64,000 bases of DNA from Thermoanaerobaculia bacterium. GTDB lineage: Bacteria; Acidobacteriota; Thermoanaerobaculia; UBA5066. The stretch's first letter is position 1. Every line of letters begins with the position of its first letter. Below the pieces are notes generated by a model that worked only from the letters and a program-made list of their open reading frames with translations, did no database searches and was not told the origin of the DNA. The position numbers were made by a program, and so were the translations under genes. The stretch covers positions 1 to 64,000 of the forward strand of contig JBBRRY010000006.1 of NCBI GenBank assembly GCA_038245905.1, read 5' to 3'. This document shows, in pieces, positions 20,041 to 29,333 of this stretch.

Positions 20041-21522
20041 CTGCGCATCACGCATCTTGCCGCGGAGTGCGTCCCGTTCGCCAAGACGGGAGGCCTCGGA
20101 GACGTCGTCGGCGCGCTCCCCAAGTCGCTCGCCGCCCGAGGCCACGACGTGGACGTCTTCATGCCTTTTCACCTCGAGGCGGCGCGCTGGTATCGGCGGC
20201 GCAACCTCTGGCCCGAGACCGCGATGCCGCCCTTCGAGGTCTCGATCTTCGGCCGCCCTCATCGGGTCGGCCTGCTCTGGGATCTCCTGCCCGGAAGCGT
20301 CGTGCCGATATACTTCGTCGCGCACGACCCGCTGTTTCACCGGAATCAGATCTACGCGTCGAACGAAAAGGGCCAGGACGACGGCCTCTGGCGCTTCGCT
20401 CTCTTCGTGCGCGCGGCGATTCACGCGCTGAAACGGCTCGACCGGCGGCCCCGCGTCCTCCACACGCACGACTGGCATCCCGCGCTCGCGCCGATGCTCG
20501 GCGCCTGGAGCAACTGGCGCGACCCCTGGTTCGACGACATCGCTTCGGTGCTCACGATCCACAACCTCGGCTATCAGGGCGTTTATGGCCGCGAGGAATT
20601 CCCGACCCTCGGCCTCCCCGACGAGGTGTGGACGGGCGGCGCGATCGAACAGCGCGGCAACGTGAACCTCCTCAAGGGCGCGATCCTTGCCGCGGACATG
20701 GTCACTGCCGTCTCGCCCACGTACGCGGACGAGATCCGCACCAGGGAAGGCGGCGTGGGCCTCGACGGGACCCTCAAGGCGCGCGGAGAAAGGGTCGTGG
20801 GTATCCTCAACGGAGTCGACAAGACGGTCTGGAACCCGGCGCACGATCCCCACCTCCCCGCGCACTACGGAACGGAGGACCTCCGCGGGAAGGCGGAGTG
20901 CCGCGCAGAGCTCTGCCGCCTGGCGGGCTTCGAGCCGGGCGACCCCGGAATGATTCTCGGCGCGATCGGCCGCCTCACCGACCAGAAGGGCTTCGATCTC
21001 CTCCTCGAAGCTGCGCCCGAGCTCATCCGCCGGGGCGTAAGAATCGCGATGCTGGGCTCCGGCGAGCCGGCGCTCGAGGGCGCGATGCGCCTCCTCGAAG
21101 GCCATGCTCCAGGCCGATTCCGCGCCTTCGTGGGCTACGACGAGCCCACCGCGCACCGGATCGAAGGCGGCGCAGACGCGTTCGTCATGCCGTCGCGCTT
21201 CGAGCCGTGCGGCCTCAACCAGATGTACTCACTGGCTTACGGCACGCCGCCGATCGTGCGGAAGACCGGAGGCCTCGCGGACTCGGTCGAAGGTTTCAAC
21301 GGCAACAACCTCGACTCCGCGACCGGCTTCACGTTCGATGAAGCAGTACCTCACGCGCTCGCGTCGGCTGTTCTCTGGGCCCAAAGCGCCTTCTTTCACC
21401 GCGAGACCTGGCGCCGAATCGTGCGGAACGGCATGGGCCGGGACTTCTCGTGGGACCGCTCGGCCGAGAAGTACGAAGCCGTCTACCGGCGCGCGCGGGA
21501 AGTCCGCGGCCTGCCCTGGTAG
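20041..21522 (+). CDS. glgA: Glycogen synthase (GT5)
   Basis: ECVPFAKTGGLGDV, HTHDWH, TIHNLGYQG, GILNGVD, RLTDQKG and MPSRFEPCGLNQ motifs. The apparent start is CTG 20041. Confidence 0.93.
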   Translation: MRITHLAAECVPFAKTGGLGDVVGALPKSLAARGHDVDVFMPFHLEAARWYRRRNLWPETAMPPFEVSIFGRPHRVGLLWDLLPGSVVPIYFVAHDPLFHRNQIYASNEKGQDDGLWRFALFVRAAIHALKRLDRRPRVLHTHDWHPALAPMLGAWSNWRDPWFDDIASVLTIHNLGYQGVYGREEFPTLGLPDEVWTGGAIEQRGNVNLLKGAILAADMVTAVSPTYADEIRTREGGVGLDGTLKARGERVVGILNGVDKTVWNPAHDPHLPAHYGTEDLRGKAECRAELCRLAGFEPGDPGMILGAIGRLTDQKGFDLLLEAAPELIRRGVRIAMLGSGEPALEGAMRLLEGHAPGRFRAFVGYDEPTAHRIEGGADAFVMPSRFEPCGLNQMYSLAYGTPPIVRKTGGLADSVEGFNGNNLDSATGFTFDEAVPHALASAVLWAQSAFFHRETWRRIVRNGMGRDFSWDRSAEKYEAVYRRAREVRGLPW

Positions 21523-21523
21523 G

Positions 21524-22171
21524 TCAGCGGGAGATCCCCGCGGCGGCAGCGCGCGCGACCGCGGCGAGATCGTCGGCCTCCGGGCCGCCGTCGGCCCACG
21601 GGACGCGCTTGCGATACGGCGGCGACGGGTGCGGCGGCAGCTTCTTCGCCGCGAGGAGCGCGAGGATCGGGACCTCTTCCGGCGCATAGCTCGAACCGTT
21701 CTCGAGGCCCTGCTTGAGAAGGCCGTATTCCGCCACCGCGGAGAGAAGGCCCGGATCGGTCTCGTCCGCGAGGCGCGAGAGGTTGCACCGGACGGTCTTT
21801 CTCGAAAGGTCGACGTCGAAGTAAAGAAACGCGGACGCGGGCGACGTCGCCGTCACGCGCCCGCCCTGTGAAGGGCTCGCGAAGCGCAGAGGCGGCCGGC
21901 CGCCGAGGCGGATCTCCTGGCGCGACGCCTGCCCGCCGACGACCTCGAGCGCCAGGACGAGATCGCTCCTCAGAAGCCCGCGCACGACCCACGCCGTGCG
22001 GCGCACGCCATCAACCTTCAGCTCGGCCTTCGCGACGTCGCAGACGCGGTTGCCCCGGCCGTCGACGATTCGCTCGAGGGTGACCTTCGGCGGCTGCTCC
22101 CCCGACACGCCTCGTGCAGCGGCCACGCTCAGGCTGAGCCAAAGAAAGAGATTCGTTGAAAGTGAATTCAT
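21524..22171 (-). CDS. Secreted hypothetical protein
   Basis: Signal-like N-terminus MNSLSTNLFLWLSLSVAAA; ATGA overlap with the upstream gene. Confidence 0.6.
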   Translation of the reverse strand: MNSLSTNLFLWLSLSVAAARGVSGEQPPKVTLERIVDGRGNRVCDVAKAELKVDGVRRTAWVVRGLLRSDLVLALEVVGGQASRQEIRLGGRPPLRFASPSQGGRVTATSPASAFLYFDVDLSRKTVRCNLSRLADETDPGLLSAVAEYGLLKQGLENGSSYAPEEVPILALLAAKKLPPHPSPPYRKRVPWADGGPEADDLAAVARAAAAGISR

Positions 22172-22986
22172 CGGATGGGGTTCTCCGGCGGGTCGACCAC
22201 GAACGGAGGGAGATCGAGCGGCAGGTGCGCGAAGGCGCGCCACGCCGCGAGGTCGCCGAGGGGCGAAGGGTCCGGCGCGAGTACGACCGTCCGCTGCTGG
22301 ACGGGCGGGACCTCGTTGCGAAACGCGACCACAACGGCGAAGAGTCCAAACCGGATATTCAGTTGATGGACTTTGTTGGGAAGCGAAGGATTGGCTTCCG
22401 GGGACACCATGAGCAGGGCCCGGAGGTCGCGCTGCTCGTCCGCGTCGAACGACGCGGACGTGATCTCGGCGAGCGTCGCGCGGACCGTTCGGATCGAAAG
22501 CTCGCTCAAGAAGAAGTCGAGGCTCCCTCCCGGCGCTCGCACCTTCTGCCGCAATCCCTCGCACGGATCATTCACCGCGGCCTCCGGGTCTTCCAGACCA
22601 CCGGCCGTCCAAACCTCGAACGCGGCACGCGGCGACGCGACGCGTTGGGATGGGCGTTCCTCCTCCACATGCTTTTCGTCCGCTAAGCCAAACGAGGACT
22701 CGACAACGTATCGTCTGCCCGAAGGCATCGTCACGAGGAGGATGTTCCGGTACGGCCAGAACCACCGTTCCTTCTCGGAGACCAAGGAGGTGGAGTACCG
22801 CACCACCACCCAGCGGACCCGGAACAGAGGGGGCGTTTCCGCTGCCGCAGATTTCTCGCGGGCGATGAAGCTCGTGTCGCCCTGCAAGTACGCCTTGCCC
22901 CGGAAGGCGTCGAACCAGTCCGGCTCCTCCGCAAACACCGCGGCCGGGACCAGACAAAGCGCGAGAAGCAGCCCCCAAGCTTTCAT
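22168..22986 (-). CDS. Secreted hypothetical protein
   Basis: Signal peptide MKAWGLLLALCLVPAAVFA; ATGA overlap with the suhB stop. Confidence 0.65.
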   Translation of the reverse strand: MKAWGLLLALCLVPAAVFAEEPDWFDAFRGKAYLQGDTSFIAREKSAAAETPPLFRVRWVVVRYSTSLVSEKERWFWPYRNILLVTMPSGRRYVVESSFGLADEKHVEEERPSQRVASPRAAFEVWTAGGLEDPEAAVNDPCEGLRQKVRAPGGSLDFFLSELSIRTVRATLAEITSASFDADEQRDLRALLMVSPEANPSLPNKVHQLNIRFGLFAVVVAFRNEVPPVQQRTVVLAPDPSPLGDLAAWRAFAHLPLDLPPFVVDPPENPIR

Positions 22987-23807
22987 AGATCCTTCTCTTC
23001 GACTCCCATCTCGCTCATCGCGGCGACGAGCGCCGCGTGAACGCCGGGAGTCGCCGCCAGGACGTTGCCCCGCGCTCGCCAGGTCGCCCCGCCGTCGAAA
23101 TCCGTGACGACTCCGCCCGCCTCGGTGACAAGGAGCGCACCCGCAGCCGTGTCCCACGGAGAGAGACCAAACTCGAAAAACCCGTCGAAGATACCGCCCG
23201 CCACGTAGGCGAGATCCAGCGCGGCGCTGCCCGCGCGCCGGATCGAGCGCGACTTCATGAAGAGAAAACGGAAGATCGAAAGGTAGCGGTCGATCTTGTG
23301 CTGCTGCCGGAACGGGAATCCCGTCGCAAGCGCGGACCCCTCGAGTCCGGGACGCGGCGGCACGCGCAGCCGCTGGCCATTCCGGAACGCGCCGGCGCCC
23401 AACTCGGCGGTGAAGAGATCTTTCTTGACGGGATCCCACACGACGCCCGCCTCGAGCGTGCCAAGGAGGCCGCCGCGCGTGCGCGCGATCGAGACGGCCC
23501 AGTGCGGAAACCCGCGCACGAAGTTCGCCGTCCCATCGAGGGGGTCCACGATCCAGGAGGGCGCGGTCTCGTCCGCGCCCGAAAGACCCGTCTCCTCACC
23601 GAGGAACCGGTCCGACGGAAACGCGCCGAGGACGATCCGGCGGACGACGGCCTCGCTCTCCCGGTCCGCGATCGAGACGACGTCGTTGAGCGCCTTCTCC
23701 TCCACGAGAGCCGGGTCGAGCCGGCCGAAGTGGCCGAGAAGAACCTCTCCGGCCTCGCGCGCCGCGGCGACCGCGGCGTCGAGCGCACTCCCGCCGGACC
23801 CGCTCAA
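22983..23807 (-). CDS. suhB: Inositol monophosphatase family protein
   Basis: FLGEE, WIVDPLDGTANF, RRAGSAALDLAYVA and WDTAAG motifs; TTG start overlaps the upstream stop. Confidence 0.92.
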   Translation of the reverse strand: MSGSGGSALDAAVAAAREAGEVLLGHFGRLDPALVEEKALNDVVSIADRESEAVVRRIVLGAFPSDRFLGEETGLSGADETAPSWIVDPLDGTANFVRGFPHWAVSIARTRGGLLGTLEAGVVWDPVKKDLFTAELGAGAFRNGQRLRVPPRPGLEGSALATGFPFRQQHKIDRYLSIFRFLFMKSRSIRRAGSAALDLAYVAGGIFDGFFEFGLSPWDTAAGALLVTEAGGVVTDFDGGATWRARGNVLAATPGVHAALVAAMSEMGVEEKDL

Positions 23808-24637
23808 TGGAACACGGACGGCTCGTCCTCCTCCGCCATCTTCTCGGACGCGGCCTGGGCCTGCGGCGATTCCGGAAACCTCTCGACGATCTCCGCCCAC
23901 ACCTCGCGAGCGAGCCCACGCACTCCCAATTCTTCTGCGAGCTCCGCGCGCGAGAGGAGGTTTTCCGGCTCGTCCGGGCGCAGCACGGAAAGGAACGTCA
24001 CCGCACGGAATCGGCCCGCCTCGTCCCCGGTCCGCCCGCGGCATCCCGAAAGATTTCTAAGGACGCGCTCGAGGAGCGCCGGAGTCTCCATCTGCCGGAG
24101 ATAGTCCGCGCGCCAGGGGACGCGCCCGCCCGCGAGCGCCTTCACTTTCCGGCGGCAGTCGTCAACCGTGAGCGGCACGCCTCCCGCGAAGGGATCCGCG
24201 AGCGTCCCGGGCGGCGCCCCGACGCGCACGATGAAGTGACCGGGAAGGCCGATGCCCGCGACGAGGATCCCCGCGCGCCGGCCCACCTCCATCCAGAGAA
24301 CCGAAAGAAGGATCGGCATCCCCTTGCGGCGTTCGAGCAGGGGACCGAGAAGCACGTTGCGAGGGTCGTAGTAATCGTCCTCGTCGCCGGTGAAGCCCAG
24401 CTCTTCGGCGAGGACGCGCGCGAGGAGCCGCGCCTTCTGGAATGAGGAGCGCGTCCCGGCGGTGCGTTCCTTGACGGCGGCGGCGGCCTCGTCGAGAACA
24501 CCCTCGGCGAGCCGGCGCGCGGCCGGCGGCGTACCCTCGATCGCGAACATCGCGCCGACGAGATCGTCCCGGCGGACGGCATCGAGGAACTCCGTGAGAT
24601 CCCGTTCGTCCTCGCGTGACCAGAGCTCTCTCATCAT
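23804..24637 (-). CDS. SirB1/transglutaminase-like TPR protein
   Basis: GFTGDEDDYYDPRN, RKGMPILLS, GLPGHF, DPF.GG and RVLRNL motifs. Confidence 0.85.
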   Translation of the reverse strand: MMRELWSREDERDLTEFLDAVRRDDLVGAMFAIEGTPPAARRLAEGVLDEAAAAVKERTAGTRSSFQKARLLARVLAEELGFTGDEDDYYDPRNVLLGPLLERRKGMPILLSVLWMEVGRRAGILVAGIGLPGHFIVRVGAPPGTLADPFAGGVPLTVDDCRRKVKALAGGRVPWRADYLRQMETPALLERVLRNLSGCRGRTGDEAGRFRAVTFLSVLRPDEPENLLSRAELAEELGVRGLAREVWAEIVERFPESPQAQAASEKMAEEDEPSVFH

Positions 24638-24644
24638 GTCCCTC

Positions 24645-24659
24645 TAGAATCTCATTCTA
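24645..24659. promoter_or_regulatory. Palindromic TAGAAT-CTC-ATTCTA; candidate bidirectional -10 elements
   Basis: Lies within the 22-bp gap between divergent starts at 24637 and 24660; TAGAAT reads on both strands. Confidence 0.6.
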
Positions 24660-25970
24660 ATGAACGGACACAGACCGCGTATCGTCATCGTGGGCGGAGG
24701 CTTCGGAGGCTTGTACACCGCTCGCCGCCTCCGTTCCCTGCCTATCGACGTCACGCTCCTCGACCGCCGGAACTTCCACCTCTTTCAGCCGCTTCTCTAT
24801 CAGGTCGCGACGGGCGCGCTCTCGCCAGCGAACATCGCGGCGCCGCTTCGCGCGATCCTCAAACGCAACGGGAACACCCAGGTTCTGCTCGCGGACGTCA
24901 CGGGATTCGACGTCGTTGGCCGGCGTGTGGTCGCGACTTCCGGGGAATTCCCGTACGACACGCTCGTCGTCGCCGCCGGCGTTCGCCACCAGTATTTCGG
25001 CCATGACGAATGGGAGTCCGAGGCTCCCGGCCTCAAGACGCTCGAGGATGCCGTGGAAATGCGCCGGCGTATTCTCCTCGCGTTCGAGCGCGCGGAGACC
25101 GCGACGGACGCCGAGGAGCGCCGCGCGCTCCTCACATTCGTCATCGTGGGAGCCGGGCCCACGGGGGCCGAGCTCGCGGGAGCGCTCGGAGAGATCGCGC
25201 GGCACACGCTCAGGCACGAGTTCCGCACGATCGATCCGGCGGAAGCACGCATCCTCCTCGTGGAAGGAGGTGCTCGCGTCCTCGCGGCCTACCCGCCGGT
25301 GCTCTCCGCAAAGGCGGAGAGGTCGCTCGCCTCCCTCGGTGTCGAGACCCTGCTCCACGCCACTGTGACGGCGGTCGAGGGCGGACGTGTCACGATCTCG
25401 CGCGCGGGCGGGCCGGCTGAAATCGAGGCGATCGAGGCGCGGACCGTTCTCTGGGCGGCGGGGGTCGCGGCGTCGCCCCTCGCGGCCGTCCTTGCGGCCG
25501 CAACCGGCGCCACCACGGATCGTGCGGGCCGGATCGCGGTGGGCCGGGATCTGACTCTTCCCGGGCATCCCGAGATCTTTGTGATCGGCGACATCGCGGT
25601 CCTCGCCGACGAGAAGGGGCGTCCCCTGCCCGGCGTCGCCCCCGTCGCCATGCAGCAGGGCCGGTACGTGGCCCGCGCGATCGCAGGGCGCCTCGCGGGT
25701 CGTGAGGCGCAAGAGCCGTTCCGCTATCGGGACAGAGGCAGCATGGCGACCATCGGGCGTGGCCGCGCGATCGCCGACCTCGGCTTCCTGCGCCTCGCCG
25801 GATATCCCGCCTGGCTCGCGTGGCTCTTCATCCACCTCATGTATCTCGTCCAGTTCGGCAACCGCGTCCTCATCCTCGTGCAATGGGCGTGGAACTACCT
25901 GACGTGGAACCGCTCGGCGCGGCTCATCACGGGATCTAGTGCCGCTTCACGATCGAGTCGAGGATCATGA
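24660..25970 (+). CDS. ndh: Type II NADH dehydrogenase
   Basis: IVGGGFGG, FQPLLYQVATG, VGAGPTGAELAG, WAAGV, FVIGD and GSMATIGR motifs. Confidence 0.93.
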   Translation: MNGHRPRIVIVGGGFGGLYTARRLRSLPIDVTLLDRRNFHLFQPLLYQVATGALSPANIAAPLRAILKRNGNTQVLLADVTGFDVVGRRVVATSGEFPYDTLVVAAGVRHQYFGHDEWESEAPGLKTLEDAVEMRRRILLAFERAETATDAEERRALLTFVIVGAGPTGAELAGALGEIARHTLRHEFRTIDPAEARILLVEGGARVLAAYPPVLSAKAERSLASLGVETLLHATVTAVEGGRVTISRAGGPAEIEAIEARTVLWAAGVAASPLAAVLAAATGATTDRAGRIAVGRDLTLPGHPEIFVIGDIAVLADEKGRPLPGVAPVAMQQGRYVARAIAGRLAGREAQEPFRYRDRGSMATIGRGRAIADLGFLRLAGYPAWLAWLFIHLMYLVQFGNRVLILVQWAWNYLTWNRSARLITGSSAASRSSRGS

Positions 25971-26370
25971 GAAAGGCGTTCTGCTGGTTCGGCTCGGTCT
26001 TGTTGATGACCGCGAGGCAGGAGCCGTCCGGGAAGAGCTGGTGCAGCTCCTCTGCAGGCCGGCTCGAGAGAATGACGATCCGCCTGTTCACAACGCCGCG
26101 CTCTTTCGCGAGCTCGAAGAGCTTTCGGCCGCCGAAAAGTGGCAGATCGAGATCGAGCAGGAGGAGACTCACATCGGGGCCAAGCACCTCGAGCGCCTCC
26201 AGCGCGTCGCGGTGGTACTCGAAGGAGACGGCCGGCCCGTAGCGGCATGCGAGGACGGCGCGCCAGGACTCCGCGTAGAGCGGAGACTGGTCCACGAAGA
26301 CGACGCGCTTCGGCTTTCCCTCGGCGACCGGCCCCTCCGCGGAAACCGGACGGAGGTAGCTGCCGCTCAA
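25936..26370 (-). CDS. Stand-alone receiver (REC)-like protein
   Basis: VVFVDQS...LLLLDLDLPLFGG...IVILSS...INK pattern; TTG start coupled to the pyrC stop. Confidence 0.7.
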   Translation of the reverse strand: MSGSYLRPVSAEGPVAEGKPKRVVFVDQSPLYAESWRAVLACRYGPAVSFEYHRDALEALEVLGPDVSLLLLDLDLPLFGGRKLFELAKERGVVNRRIVILSSRPAEELHQLFPDGSCLAVINKTEPNQQNAFLMILDSIVKRH

Positions 26371-27680
26371 CGGGCGCTCCCGGCCGGGCCCGCGCCACGC
26401 GCGAACACCTCGAGCCCGCCCACGAAGGTCCTCTCCACGCGCCCGCGCAGCGTGCGCGCGGTCCACGGGGAGTTCTTCGAACGGCTCGCAAAACCGTCTG
26501 GCGTAACGTGCGTCGACTTCGTCGTCGAGAACATCACGACGTCGGCGGGCGCCCCTTCGGCGAGGGTACCGCCCGGCAGAGAGAAGACGCGCGCGGGTGC
26601 CGTCGACAGCACCTCGACGAGACGCTGCAGCGTGATCGCGCGCGGGACGAGGAGCGCGTCCACGAGAACCGGCAGAGCCGTTTCGAGCCCCGTCACCCCG
26701 AAGGGCGCATCCTCGAACGCGAGACCCTTTTCGTCCTCGTGGTGCGGCGCGTGATCGGTGGCGACAGCGTCGATCGTTCCTTCGACGAGAGCGGCCACGA
26801 GCGCCGCGCGGTCCGCTTCCGACCGGAGCGGCGGGTTAATCTTGAAACGCGTGTCGTAACCGGAACGCGCGACGGCTTCATCGGTGAGCGTCAGGTGATG
26901 CGGCGTTACCTCGCATGTGACCGCGATTCCGGCCCGGCGCGCGACACGGATCATCTCGAGGCTCTCGCGGGTGGAGACGTGAGCAACGTGGAGGCGCGCC
27001 TTTGTGAGCGCCGCGAGCTGCAGATCGCGCGCGACCATGGCGGACTCGCCCACGTTCGGCCAGCCCGGCAGGCCGAGACGCGTGGAGGCCCAACCCTCGT
27101 TCATGACGCCGTCGCCCACGAGGGAAGGATCCTCTTCGTGCACGACCACCGGCAGGCCGAACATCGCTGCGTACTCGAGGGCGCGCCGCATGAGCATGCC
27201 GTTCGCGACCGGTTTTCCGTCATCCGAGACCGCCACGATGCCTTCAGCCTTCATGAGTCCTATCTCGGCCAGCTCGAGGCCCTTGAGCCCCTTCGAAACG
27301 GCGCCGATCGGGTACACGCGCACGAGAGCCGTTTCCCGGATGCGCCGGACGAGGAACGCCACGGCCGGCGCATCGTCGAGGACCGGCATCGTGTTCGCCA
27401 TCGCGCAAACGGTGGTGAATCCTCCCGCCGCGGCCGCGCGCGTCCCCGTCGCGACCGTTTCCTTGTGCTCGAACCCAGGCTCGCGGAGATGCGCGTGAAG
27501 ATCCACGAAGCCCGGCGCGACGACGAGGCCCGCGGCGTCCACGACGTCCGCGCCTTTGACCACGATTTTCTCGTCCACTTTCGCCACGACGCCGTCCGAG
27601 AGGAGCACATCGAGCGTCTGATCGAGATTGCGGGACGGATCGACCACGCGCCCGCCCCTGAGAAGCACGGATTCACTCAT
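26367..27680 (-). CDS. pyrC: Dihydroorotase
   Basis: [37 protein letters not shown] and ATDHAPH motifs. Confidence 0.97.
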   Translation of the reverse strand: MSESVLLRGGRVVDPSRNLDQTLDVLLSDGVVAKVDEKIVVKGADVVDAAGLVVAPGFVDLHAHLREPGFEHKETVATGTRAAAAGGFTTVCAMANTMPVLDDAPAVAFLVRRIRETALVRVYPIGAVSKGLKGLELAEIGLMKAEGIVAVSDDGKPVANGMLMRRALEYAAMFGLPVVVHEEDPSLVGDGVMNEGWASTRLGLPGWPNVGESAMVARDLQLAALTKARLHVAHVSTRESLEMIRVARRAGIAVTCEVTPHHLTLTDEAVARSGYDTRFKINPPLRSEADRAALVAALVEGTIDAVATDHAPHHEDEKGLAFEDAPFGVTGLETALPVLVDALLVPRAITLQRLVEVLSTAPARVFSLPGGTLAEGAPADVVMFSTTKSTHVTPDGFASRSKNSPWTARTLRGRVERTFVGGLEVFARGAGPAGSAR

Positions 27681-28650
27681 CGCCGCTCGCTCCGATCAGG
27701 AGGTACAGCACCGCCATCCGCACGGCGACGCCATTCTCCACCTGGTCGAGGATCACCGAATCCGGCCCGTCCGCCACGGCAGAGTCGATTTCGACACCGC
27801 GGTTCATGGGGCCCGGGTGCATCACGATCGCGTCCTTCTTGGCGAGGCGCCGCCGCGCGGGTGTGAGGCCGAAGACCTCGAAGTACTCGCGGTCCGACGG
27901 GAAGCCAAGCCCGCCACCGCGCTCTTTCTGAACGCGCAGCATCATGATGACGTCCGCCCCGTCGACGGCCTCTTCGATGCGCGTCACGATGCGGGCACCG
28001 GTTCGCTCGATCTCGGCGGGCAGGAGCGTCGCCGGCCCTGAGAGCGTGACGCCCGCTCCCATCTTCGTCAGGAGCGAGACGTTGGACCTCGCGACCCGGC
28101 TGTGCGCGACGTCGCCGCAGATCGCGACCCGGAGCCCCGCGAGAGTGCCCTTCGCCCTTCGGATCGTGAAGGCATCGAGCAGCGCCTGCGTCGGATGCGC
28201 GTGGGTCCCGTCGCCGGCATTCACGACCGCGCACGGCAGGCTGCGCGCGAGCAGGTGCGGCGCCCCCGAGCGCGAGTGGCGGATCACGATCGCGTCCGGC
28301 GCCATCGCCATGAGGTTTCTCCCGGTGTCCAGGAGCGTCTCGCCCTTCGCGACCGACGTGCCCGCCGCGGAGAGGGCGATCGAATCCGCCGACAGCCGGC
28401 GTTCGGCGATCTCGAAGGAGAACCGCGTGCGCGTGGAATTCTCGAAGAAGAGATTCGCGACGAGCTTGCCGCGGAGCGTCGGGACCTTCTTGATCGAACG
28501 CTGGTTGATCTCGCGCATCGACTCGGCTGTGTCGAGGACGAGACGGATGTCGTCCTCGGTGATCGACTCGATGTCGAGCAGGTCCTTCCGGGAGAACGGC
28601 GGGGAGCGCGGGACGGCGGGCTCCGGAGATTCGCCTCGTCTCGTGGTCAC
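27673..28650 (-). CDS. pyrB: Aspartate carbamoyltransferase catalytic subunit
   Basis: [30 protein letters not shown] and [11 protein letters not shown] motifs. Confidence 0.97.
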   Translation of the reverse strand: MTTRRGESPEPAVPRSPPFSRKDLLDIESITEDDIRLVLDTAESMREINQRSIKKVPTLRGKLVANLFFENSTRTRFSFEIAERRLSADSIALSAAGTSVAKGETLLDTGRNLMAMAPDAIVIRHSRSGAPHLLARSLPCAVVNAGDGTHAHPTQALLDAFTIRRAKGTLAGLRVAICGDVAHSRVARSNVSLLTKMGAGVTLSGPATLLPAEIERTGARIVTRIEEAVDGADVIMMLRVQKERGGGLGFPSDREYFEVFGLTPARRRLAKKDAIVMHPGPMNRGVEIDSAVADGPDSVILDQVENGVAVRMAVLYLLIGASGDE

Positions 28651-28664
28651 GCCGCCCGCACCCG

Positions 28665-29297
28665 CTACTTCTTCGAGCGCCGCTTCGAACGATCCGCCGC
28701 CGCCCGCGGCCGAGGGGCTTTCTGCGCGACTTTCGCCGGGGCCTCGCGGTCCAGCAGCCAGACGTCGTCGACACCGTCGGTCTCGCGGAACGTGGCCGAG
28801 ACGATTTCGGAGGTCGACGTGGCGATCCGCTTGCCGACGAACTGTGCCTCGATCGGAAGCTCCCGGCGCCCGCGATCCATGAGGACGGCGAGGAGGATCT
28901 TTCGCGGCCGCCCGAAGTCGAGAATCGCGTCCATCGCGGCGCGCACCGTTCGCCCCGTGTAAAGGACGTCGTCGCAGAGGACGACCGTGCGGCCCTCCAC
29001 GGCGAACGGGATCTCCGTCTTCTTGAGGACCGGCGAGGCCGCAACCGTCGAGAGGTCATCGCGATAAAGCGTGATGTCGAGGAGCCCGACGCCGACCCGC
29101 ACCTTCTCGGTTCGCTCGATCTCACCGGCGAGACGGCGCGCGAGCGGGACGCCACGCGTGCGGATTCCGATCAGGACGAGGCCGTCGGTGCCCCCCTCGG
29201 ATTCGACGATCTCGTGCGCCATCCGGGCGATGGCGCGCCCCAGACCGGCGCCGTCGAGCAGCCGTAGCTTCCGGTAGGTGCCAGGAGCCTCTCCCAT
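28665..29297 (-). CDS. pyrR: PyrR regulator / uracil phosphoribosyltransferase
   Basis: [32 protein letters not shown] and DRGRRELPI motifs. Confidence 0.96.
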   Translation of the reverse strand: MGEAPGTYRKLRLLDGAGLGRAIARMAHEIVESEGGTDGLVLIGIRTRGVPLARRLAGEIERTEKVRVGVGLLDITLYRDDLSTVAASPVLKKTEIPFAVEGRTVVLCDDVLYTGRTVRAAMDAILDFGRPRKILLAVLMDRGRRELPIEAQFVGKRIATSTSEIVSATFRETDGVDDVWLLDREAPAKVAQKAPRPRAAADRSKRRSKK

Positions 29298-29333
29298 GCG
29301 CGCGCGGACACTACACGCGTGGCGGAGCAGGAG

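Noticed and set aside
24051-24063. TTTCTAAGGA as an element copy
   Set aside because: Partial core without pyrimidine flanks, within a conserved RVLRNL motif; ambiguous.
29298-29333. PyrR attenuator upstream of pyrR
   Set aside because: Only 36 bp separate pyrR from the upstream gene, and no PyrR-binding loop or terminator is visible.
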